A program made the translations under genes and the position numbers. A DNA stretch of 26,702 nt, from NCBI GenBank assembly GCA_048629055.1, contig JAIVTC010000048.1, positions 1-26,702 of the forward strand, in the 5' to 3' direction. The first letter of the stretch is position 1. Every line of letters starts with the position of its first letter. The notes beneath the pieces are model-generated. The model ran no database searches. It saw only the letters and a program-made list of their open reading frames with translations, and had not been told where the DNA came from. This DNA comes from Candidatus Bathyarchaeota archaeon. Its GTDB lineage: Bacteria > Pseudomonadota > Gammaproteobacteria > Chromatiales > Chromatiaceae. Below are positions 20,431-26,702 of this stretch, one piece after another.

Positions 20431-21345
20431 ATGTTTTCAAGCTCAATAGAGAAAAAAATACATTTTCACAAGCTGGCAAAGTTTGTTTCACTGTTGCTTT
20501 TTGTGTCGATGGTCGCTGCAGGCATGGCTGGAAAAATAGGCTATCAGCTTGGTTATCACAACGCCAGCATTCCAGCGGAATCGGAATCTGAAATTGCGTC
20601 ACTCAAGGATGTGGTCCGCAAGGAGCGCGTGAATCTTCAGCTGGTCAAGGTGGAAACAGAAAATAACCTTGATGCTCTGGCAATTAAATTAGGATCGCTA
20701 CAGGCGAAATTGATGCGTCTGGAGGCAATTGGAGAGCGTCTTGTCTCTGCGGTTGATGTTGATATCGATAAAGAGGCCTTCAAAGATGATCCTGCAATGG
20801 GAAGCGCCTCGGATGGTGAAACGGGCCGCACTCAAACCTCGCTTGACCTGTTGATGGGAATGGATCGCTTGAGCGAGCAACTCGCAGCCCAGGATAAGCA
20901 GCTGACTACGCTGGAAAAAGTGTTGACCAAGCGCGACGTAAAAAAGGAAGTCATACCTTCGGGTATGCCGGTGCAGGGCTACATCTCATCGGGTTTCGGC
21001 GGCAGGGTTCATCCAATATCCGGAAAATACAAGGGTCATAAGGGAGTTGATATTCCGGGCAAAAGAGGCACCCGGATCAAATCTGTTGCCGGCGGGGTCG
21101 TGATCAAGTCCGGGCGGGTTTCAGGGTATGGGAATATGGTTGAGATCAAGCATGCCGATGGTCTAACCACGGTTTACGGCCATAATAAGAAAAATATTGT
21201 CAAGAAGGGTGACCTGATTGAAAAAGGCGACACAGTTGCGCTGCTTGGCAGTACCGGACGTTCGACCGGGCCGCATGTCCATTTTGAAGTGCGCAAGAAT
21301 GGTAAGCCTGTCAACCCGATGCGCTATATCAACGCGATTAACTAA
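20431..21345 (+). CDS. M23-family metallopeptidase (N-terminal anchor plus coiled coil)
   Basis: SSGFGGRVHP, HKGVD (HxxxD), GYGN, YGHN and STGPHVHFE (HxH) motifs. Start re-called to ATG 20431 with GAGG upstream, because the track's start overlaps dciA. Confidence 0.9.
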   Translation: MFSSSIEKKIHFHKLAKFVSLLLFVSMVAAGMAGKIGYQLGYHNASIPAESESEIASLKDVVRKERVNLQLVKVETENNLDALAIKLGSLQAKLMRLEAIGERLVSAVDVDIDKEAFKDDPAMGSASDGETGRTQTSLDLLMGMDRLSEQLAAQDKQLTTLEKVLTKRDVKKEVIPSGMPVQGYISSGFGGRVHPISGKYKGHKGVDIPGKRGTRIKSVAGGVVIKSGRVSGYGNMVEIKHADGLTTVYGHNKKNIVKKGDLIEKGDTVALLGSTGRSTGPHVHFEVRKNGKPVNPMRYINAIN

Positions 21346-21490
21346 GTCGTTGTCCAACAGCTCAAAAAGTCCGCGATCGATGCGCCTGGCCTAAAATGGA
21401 TGTAGGTCAGGGGCGTGAGCAGGCCGTTCCTGCGCATCCTTGTGCTCACGGCATTTGTACATTCGTATAGGGCAGACGCGGAAGCTTCGT
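21346..21490 (+). mobile_element. MITE-like element, family A copy 1 (one terminus only)
   Basis: Begins GTCGTTGTCCAA directly after the M23 TAA stop, the same terminus as copy 2. 21387-21423 matches the reverse complement of 22395-22430 (about 34/37), and 21437-21487 matches the reverse complement of 24841-24890 (44/51). Confidence 0.7.
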
Positions 21491-21553
21491 CCCTCGGCAC
21501 ATCCTACCCATCTTGTTACTTTAATTTCCGCCTCATCCCTAACAAGTTACCGC

Positions 21554-21682
21554 AGCCTCTTGAAAAACTCGAAAACAGCGAGTTTTGTCATCTCGAGCGA
21601 ATGTGAGAGATCTTATTTTTCAATCAGTTAAGATTTCTCCTTTCAGTCGAAATGACAGCTTTTGAGAGTTTTGCAAGAGGCT
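21554..21682. mobile_element. Nested palindromic MITE/REPIN-like element
   Basis: Three nested IRs: 21554-21570/21666-21682 (16/17), 21586-21596/21647-21657 (10/11) and 21605-21615/21629-21639 (10/11). Confidence 0.7.
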
Positions 21683-21745
21683 CACCGGGCATTTATTTTT
21701 CCTTCCCCGAGTCCTCATCCCTTAGCTGGAATCCATCTCTCTTGT

Positions 21746-22222
21746 TCAGTCGATGGCGTCGCCAACTTTATCCAGGGTGCGTTGAAAAAACCCCTTGCCC
21801 TCGTGATCAGGTACTGAGACGACGATGCGCTCGTTCTCATCATCGATCTCCTCATCCGGTTCATAGTCCCCGTCTATACGTTCAAGTATTCCTTCTTTGT
21901 TGAAATAGAGTGTGAGGTTCATGTGTACCAGTTCTTCGCCTGGAACCTGCAGCCAGTAGATGTAATCCCAGCGCTGCTGATGAAATACATCGACAAAAGA
22001 GGGCGTTCCCAACGCCAGTCGAACCTCCTCCATAGACATGCCGGTTTCAAGTTTGTCAAGTGCTTCACTATTGAGGATATTGCCCTGCTGAATAGTCTGT
22101 TTGTGCACAAAAGAGAACTTTGAAAATGGCTTTTGAGCAACGCCTTTGACAATTTTTTCTGAGGTGGCACAGCCGCCAGCCAGTAAACTGACTGCAATGA
22201 TGGAAAAGAGATGCCTGTGCAT
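21746..22222 (-). CDS. bamE: Outer membrane protein assembly factor BamE (SmpA/OmlA) lipoprotein
   Basis: Signal peptide ending LLAGGC; IQQGN..GMS..V..LGTP..D.F..RWDY motifs; divergent from fur. Start re-called to ATG 22222. Confidence 0.93.
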   Translation of the reverse strand: MHRHLFSIIAVSLLAGGCATSEKIVKGVAQKPFSKFSFVHKQTIQQGNILNSEALDKLETGMSMEEVRLALGTPSFVDVFHQQRWDYIYWLQVPGEELVHMNLTLYFNKEGILERIDGDYEPDEEIDDENERIVVSVPDHEGKGFFQRTLDKVGDAID

Positions 22223-22256
22223 ATTTAGATGCTGATTTTCATACGGAAAGGCTGCT

Positions 22257-22280
22257 ATTATACAGCAATCAGAGATTGCT
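22257..22280 (-). promoter_or_regulatory. Putative bamE -10 element with adjacent 7-3-7 palindrome
   Basis: TATAAT on the minus strand (22257-22262), 35 nt upstream of the bamE ATG; AGCAATC-AGA-GATTGCT at 22264-22280; no good -35. Confidence 0.4.
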
Positions 22281-22282
22281 AA

Positions 22283-22486
22283 GGAGTTGTCCGTAAATAA
22301 CTTCCCGATATCGCGTAGCAATGTTGTTCGTATTCAAGGCGCAGCAAGGGGCGCATAGCAGCGTTATGTAACTCTTGCTGCAAAGCTTCCGCGTCCTGCT
22401 TACGCCCCTGACCTACATCCATGTAGGCCACGCAGAAGACGGACAGCAGGGCAAGCAGGATCGGGAAGTTATTTTTGGACAACGAC
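22283..22486 (-). mobile_element. Complete MITE, family A copy 2 (204 bp)
   Basis: Subterminal IR GTTGTCC(GT/AA)AAATAACTTCCCGAT at 22286-22309 and 22460-22483 (22/24). TAA flanks both sides (22280-22282, 22487-22489). Internal hairpins: GCAGCAAG/CTTGCTGC and CCTACAT/ATGTAGG. Confidence 0.75.
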
Positions 22487-22628
22487 TAAGGAACCTCTGA
22501 ATAAATCAATGGGGTGAGGGCTTGATGGGCAGGAGCCTGCCCCTTTCCCCGAGAATAACTTGTAACAAGCACTGCTCGAAGCGCGCAGCGATTCGTTTGG
22601 TGCTTCCCTAACAGAGAAGCAGGATTCC

Positions 22629-23051
22629 ATGGATAACAATGATATTCGCCAGGCTGGTCTCAAAGTCACTTTGCCACGCCTCAAGATTCTCGAAATTCTT
22701 GAGCGCAATCAACCGCGTCATCTGAGTGCTGAGAGTGTCTACAAAATTCTGCTGAAGAATGATGAGGAGATTGGTCTCGCCACTGTTTACCGTGTTTTAA
22801 CACAGTTTGAAGCAGCGGGCCTGGTCAAGCGTCAGAATTTTGAAGGCACTACTTCGGTGTTTGAACTGGATAGTGGCATGCACCATGATCATATCGTTTG
22901 CATTGAATGCGGGCATGTCGAAGAGTTTGTCGATGAAACCATCGAAGAGTCCCAGAAAAAGGTCGCGCAGAAGCTCGGATTTGAGTTGTCAGAGCACTCC
23001 ATGGTTCTCTACGGGCGCTGCCTAAATAGCAGTTGCCCTCATCGCAAATAA
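22629..23051 (+). CDS. fur: Ferric uptake regulator Fur
   Basis: GLKVTLPRLKILE, HLSAE, IGLATVYRVL and HHDHIVCIECG motifs; 140 aa. Confidence 0.98.
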   Translation: MDNNDIRQAGLKVTLPRLKILEILERNQPRHLSAESVYKILLKNDEEIGLATVYRVLTQFEAAGLVKRQNFEGTTSVFELDSGMHHDHIVCIECGHVEEFVDETIEESQKKVAQKLGFELSEHSMVLYGRCLNSSCPHRK

Positions 23052-23111
23052 AAATCCTGAAGTGCGGGCAGCTCTTTGAGAGAGGCATCGTTGTTTTCCC
23101 AAAGACGATTG

Positions 23112-24776
23112 TCACTCTGTTGAGAGCATCTCCTGAGCGTGCTTGAGGGTGCGTTCTGTCATCTCGACGCCTCCAAGCATGCGAGCAACCTCGTCAACGC
23201 GTTGACTCTCCTCGAGTGGAATGATGCGGGTTTGCGTGGAGTTGTTGTGGCGCTGTTTTTCCACCAGCAGGTGATGATGCGCCTGTGCCGCCACCTGGGG
23301 CAGGTGGGTGACACACAGGATCTGCCGCTCCTCTCCAAGCTTGCGCAGCAGTTTGCCGACAATTTCTGCAACACCGCCGCCAATACCGACATCCACTTCA
23401 TCGAAGATCAGCGTGGGGATCTTCGCAAGACCGATTGTGGCGACCTGTATGGCGAGACTGATGCGGGAGAGTTCACCGCCGGAGGCAGCCTTGCTGAGTG
23501 GCTGTTGTGGCTGCCCGGGATTGGCGCTGAAATAAAACTCGATTGTTTCGCGACCCTGTGCCGTCGGTTGCTGCTGCTCGATGGAGTTGAGTTTTATACT
23601 GAAGCGCCCATCCGGCATCGACAGCTGCTGCATGGTTGCGGAAACCTGTGCCGCCAGTGATTCTACCGCCTTGCTCCTTGAACGGCTCAGCCTGCCGGCG
23701 AGTTTTTCCCAGCGTTGCCGGCGCTCCTCGATCTGTTGCTGCAAAGTATCCAGTTGTTCATCACTCTGCAGCAGTTTTTCCAGTTGTTGCTGCAGAGTGG
23801 CGAGATGCAGGGGCAGCCCGGCCGGTTCAAGCTGATGTTTGCGGGCAAGCAGCAGGATGTCGCTGAGACGCTGGTCAACGCTGGCGAGTCTTGCCGGATC
23901 AAGCTGGATATCATCAGCATACTGGTGCAGGGAGTGGGAAGACTCTTCGACTTCGATCATTGCGCTTTGCAGCATCTCCAGGCTGTCACCCGGTGGTTTA
24001 TCGATTTCACGCAGCTCTTCGAGGATAGAGAGACTGCGTTGCAGCAGTTGCGCAACGCCATTGTCATGATAGAGGGTGCTGAGCAGTTCATCGCAGCGTT
24101 CGCGCAGCAGACCGGCATTGCTGAGACGACGTTGTTCAGACTCGAGCTGCTGCCATTCGTCCTCCGCCGGCGCCAGATTCTCCAGCTCTTCGATCTGAAA
24201 CTGCAACAGTTCAATGTGTGAACGGCGATCCTGCTGCTTCAGTTGTAAACTGGAAAGCTCCCTCGTCGCAGTGCTCCATTGTCGCCACTGATGCTGCAAC
24301 TTCTCCAGCAGCTCTTCGTTGCCGGCATAAGCATCGAGCAGCGTGCGTTGATAAGGGGCTTTAAGCAGGGATTGATGAGCATGTTGTCCATGGATATCAA
24401 CCAGTTTCTCACCCAGTTGAGTGAGAGAGGCGAGTGTTACCGGCGTATTGTTGATAAAAGCGCGGGAGCGTCCTTTGATAGTGAGCACCCGGCGCACCAG
24501 GCACTCGCTGGAGTCATCCAGCAACTCCATTTTTTTCAACAACTGTTTAGCATCGGCGTTGTCGCAGAGATCAAAAACTGCAGTAATCTCGGCTTTTTCA
24601 TGGCCGTTGCGAATCAGGCTGATGTCCGCCTTGTTGCCGAGTGCGAGTCCGAGAGAGTCGATCAGGATGGATTTACCGGCGCCGGTTTCACCAGTGAGAG
24701 CGCTCATGCCGGAGTCAAGTTCAAGTGACAGCTCTTCGATGGTCACAAGATGGCGAATGTGCACAGAGGTCAGCAT
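23112..24776 (-). CDS. recN: DNA repair protein RecN
   Basis: Walker A TGETGAGKS, HGQHAHQ, long coiled coil, ASGGELSR signature, FDEVDVGIGG Walker B/D-loop and VTHLPQVA motifs. Confidence 0.98.
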   Translation of the reverse strand: MLTSVHIRHLVTIEELSLELDSGMSALTGETGAGKSILIDSLGLALGNKADISLIRNGHEKAEITAVFDLCDNADAKQLLKKMELLDDSSECLVRRVLTIKGRSRAFINNTPVTLASLTQLGEKLVDIHGQHAHQSLLKAPYQRTLLDAYAGNEELLEKLQHQWRQWSTATRELSSLQLKQQDRRSHIELLQFQIEELENLAPAEDEWQQLESEQRRLSNAGLLRERCDELLSTLYHDNGVAQLLQRSLSILEELREIDKPPGDSLEMLQSAMIEVEESSHSLHQYADDIQLDPARLASVDQRLSDILLLARKHQLEPAGLPLHLATLQQQLEKLLQSDEQLDTLQQQIEERRQRWEKLAGRLSRSRSKAVESLAAQVSATMQQLSMPDGRFSIKLNSIEQQQPTAQGRETIEFYFSANPGQPQQPLSKAASGGELSRISLAIQVATIGLAKIPTLIFDEVDVGIGGGVAEIVGKLLRKLGEERQILCVTHLPQVAAQAHHHLLVEKQRHNNSTQTRIIPLEESQRVDEVARMLGGVEMTERTLKHAQEMLSTE

Positions 24777-24983
24777 TTAGTGAAACCTGCTTTGAAACTG
24801 ACGCAAATCAGGAAGTCTTGAAGCCTCGCGCCAAGGCGCAAAGCTTCCGCGTCTGCCGTACACGGATGACAAGTGCCGTAAGCGCAAGGAGACGCGGAAG
24901 CGCACGGGGCCGAAGGGGTGCTCTTCACCGAAGATGTAGCCGGCGAGACGCTCATCGGCGTAGATGATGATGCTGTTGGACAC
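24777..24983 (-). pseudogene. Truncated AcuC/histone-deacetylase-family gene fused to repeat sequence
   Basis: The first approximately 27 codons (MSNSIIIYADERLAGYIFGEEHPFGPVR, 24983-24902) show the HDAC-family N-terminal Y.FG..HPF.P.R motif. Similarity stops exactly at a family A palindrome arm (24901), and no catalytic HH/DxH motifs follow. Confidence 0.65.
24841..24901 (-). repeat. Family A repeat copy 3 (palindromic core)
   Basis: Perfect 12-bp IR GCTTCCGCGTCT (24843-24854) / AGACGCGGAAGC (24890-24901). Matches copy 1 at 44/51 and shares ACGCGGAAGCTTTGC with copy 2. Confidence 0.75.
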
Positions 24984-25313
24984 TATGTTTGTCTATTACT
25001 CATAATGAGACCAAAGCCTGAGAACCTTCACGACACGCTCTTCTTCCATAACTTGATAATCAAGACGATGCTGGATGTTTACTCTTCCTGAGTATGTACC
25101 GCTCAGGTCACCAGCCAGTTTTTTGTAAGGTGGAGGAGATTGAAACGGGTTTTCTTTCAAAACACCGAGTAACTCCTCCTGTCACAATGGCGTACGATAT
25201 TACGTACGCATTTGCAGAATGGATTTTCAAACATAACCTGCTATGCGTCCCTTGCTCAAACCAGCCCACATGGCATGATAATCAAGTGTTGAGAGTTTCT
25301 CAAGTGTATCCGG

Positions 25314-25445
25314 AAACTGCCACACCATCACAATCAGTATTTCGCCATCGATAATCATGTGAAAACACGGCAGGCAGCGTACCGTGAAATATTCCGTGCT
25401 CATTTTGACGAAAAGAGAGTCGAGGAGATGCAAGCATGCTACAGT
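25314..25445 (+). pseudogene. C-terminal fragment of a RAYT-like (REP-associated tyrosine, Y1 HUH) transposase
   Basis: A start-less frame (open 25293-25517) reads KLPHHHNQYFAIDNHVKTRQAAYREIFRAHFDEKRVEEMQAC. From memory this resembles the RQxAYRxLFRxHxDxxxxxEIRxx tail of long RAYT-like transposases. No HUH domain is visible. Confidence 0.5.
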
Positions 25446-25539
25446 TTTTCCGGCCGCACATCTCTATGCAGCTGTATGCCAACTGTTTATACTGAGTTCC
25501 CATCATTCGTTTCGTAAACATATCTCGCAAGTGATCCTG

Positions 25540-25989
25540 ATGTTTGACCAATCCAATGCAACTCACTACCAGAGAATCCTGTTATTTTGTCTCTCTGTTC
25601 TTTGCTCATCCACACTGACGGCTGGACAGAAGCCGTTTGCACCGGAAAAAATTGAAGGAGTGGCTATCGTCTCTGCAGAAGAGGTGATTGAGATGATTCT
25701 TGCGGATCCGGAATTGATCGTCATCGATTCGCGTAAAAAAACGGAATACCTGAAAGGCCATATCGAAGGCGCCATCAACCTCCTGAATACCCGCTTAGAG
25801 CGTGAAGAGTTTGAACGGATTTCAGCGGACAAATCCCGGAAGATCCTTGTCTACTGCAACGGCGTACGCTGCCTCAGAAGCAGCGACTCGATCAACAAGG
25901 TCAAGGAGTGGGGCTACACCAATCTGATCTGGTTTCGGGGCGGCTGGAAAGAGTGGGCGGAAAAGCGCCTTCCCATTGTCACCGATTGA
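25540..25989 (+). CDS. Probably exported single-domain rhodanese (sulfurtransferase-like)
   Basis: Signal-peptide-like N-terminus (RILLFCLSVLCSSTLTA), then VIDSR...YLKGHIEGAINL, active-site loop YCNGVRCLRS and WFRGGWKEW. Start re-called to ATG 25540. Confidence 0.88.
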   Translation: MFDQSNATHYQRILLFCLSVLCSSTLTAGQKPFAPEKIEGVAIVSAEEVIEMILADPELIVIDSRKKTEYLKGHIEGAINLLNTRLEREEFERISADKSRKILVYCNGVRCLRSSDSINKVKEWGYTNLIWFRGGWKEWAEKRLPIVTD

Positions 25990-26037
25990 GATGCTCAACG
26001 CTCACATATTGAAAATGATGCTGCCTGTTGTATACGC

Positions 26038-26702
26038 ATGAAAATAGAGTCGCTTTCAATCAAATCATCAACGATTGCCATCTTCAGCATGATTGGCATA
26101 GTCGCCATTATCCTGTCGTTGTTTGCCGGCAGCTACTTCAAGCAGGCAGCGCTCGACGCTCAGATGAAGAGCCTGTCACGGGTAATTGAAGTCGCATCGC
26201 AGGAGATGCTCAAGCAGGTCAGGCGCCACACATTCGACCTGGGCATGAAACTCGGGCACAGCAGGGAGTTGATCTCGACGATCAACTCGTTGGCAGAGCC
26301 CGGCAATAAAGAGAAGCTCGTTGAAATACTCGATGATCCCTTTGTGAGTGGCTTTGTCGGATTCTCGAATGTTGACCTGAAAAAAATCAGGGTCTATAAC
26401 CTGCAACTCGACCTGATCGGTGAAAGCAGCGCCGGGCCTGAAAAACTTGGAGACAAACTCGCCGATTACTTGACAGAGATCGTCACTGAAAGAGAAAAAT
26501 CCGACCGCCTCAAGGCAGTCGATGCCCTGTGGATGTCGCCTGAAGGCCCCCTGTTCTCGTCATTGACGCCGATCGGCGGTCTGCGGCCCATAGGCTATCT
26601 CGAGATTGTTGTTAACCCTGTATTCAATCTGCCTGACATCGGCAATATCACGAAAACGCCTCTGCGCATCTACTCCATCTCCGGGGAACTGATCAACAAG
26701 GA
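26038..26702 (+). CDS. Membrane-anchored sensor/signal-transduction protein, N-terminal part (runs off window)
   Basis: Not in the ORF track because it has no stop. The frame is open from ATG 26038 to the edge: MKIESLSIKSSTIAIFSMIGIVAIILSLFAGSYF (one TM helix), then about 190 aa of predicted extracytoplasmic domain (..LRPIGYLEIVVNP..). The output domain is not visible. Confidence 0.75.
   Translation, partial: MKIESLSIKSSTIAIFSMIGIVAIILSLFAGSYFKQAALDAQMKSLSRVIEVASQEMLKQVRRHTFDLGMKLGHSRELISTINSLAEPGNKEKLVEILDDPFVSGFVGFSNVDLKKIRVYNLQLDLIGESSAGPEKLGDKLADYLTEIVTEREKSDRLKAVDALWMSPEGPLFSSLTPIGGLRPIGYLEIVVNPVFNLPDIGNITKTPLRIYSISGELINK

Noticed and set aside
21346-22489. TAA|GTCGTTGTCCAA...TTGGACAACGAC|TAA read as a composite transposon carrying bamE
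   Set aside because: bamE divergent from fur is the native arrangement, so independent insertions explain the pattern more simply.
21346-24901. Repeats considered as a CRISPR array or attC cassette array
   Set aside because: No regular repeat-spacer periodicity, no cas or integrase gene, and the copies are dispersed, mosaic and in both orientations.
25052-25064. TTGAT-A-ATCAA read as an FNR box
   Set aside because: FNR needs TTGAT-N4-ATCAA; the spacer here is 1 nt.
15369-25539. N-terminal extensions in the ORF track for ftsQ, lpxC, M23, bamE and the rhodanese
   Set aside because: They overlap neighbouring genes, a MITE or a pseudogene. Downstream ATGs give typical N-termini, signal peptides and in several cases better ribosome-binding sites.
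25987-26040. Rhodanese TGA is in frame with the sensor ORF, with 16 open codons between (possible readthrough or selenocysteine fusion)
   Set aside because: The same frame occurs by chance one time in three. The TGA follows a normal rhodanese C-terminus (LPIVTD), is not at a catalytic position, and no SECIS-like hairpin is evident.

Overview
Gammaproteobacterial chromosomal window, mostly core housekeeping DNA. It opens with the 3' end of a HerA/DUF87-like ATPase gene and RNase P RNA (rnpB). Next is a complete division and cell wall (dcw) cluster: mraZ-rsmH-ftsL-ftsI-murE-murF-mraY-murD-ftsW-murG-murC-murB-ddl-ftsQ-ftsA-ftsZ-lpxC. This is followed by dciA (minus), an M23 peptidase, bamE (minus), fur, recN (minus), a probably exported rhodanese, and the 5' part of a membrane sensor gene that runs off the right edge and is absent from the ORF track. 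The non-routine signal is in the intergenic DNA. (i) The long mraZ leader holds a canonical G-quadruplex motif that competes with two hairpins. (ii) A perfect 20-bp palindrome lies upstream of lpxC. (iii) Four MITE/REP-like palindromic elements lie between 21.3 and 24.9 kb, three of them one mosaic family. One is complete with terminal inverted repeats and a TAA duplication, and two sit at synteny breaks on either side of bamE-fur-recN. (iv) An AcuC/HDAC-like gene is cut after about 27 codons by one of these repeats, and the resulting chimeric ORF abuts the recN start. (v) There is a decayed RAYT-like transposase fragment. (vi) The exported CNGxxC rhodanese plus membrane sensor pair is a candidate sulfur-sensing module. 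All family assignments come from motif recognition by eye; no database searches were run. No tRNA, rRNA or CRISPR array was seen.
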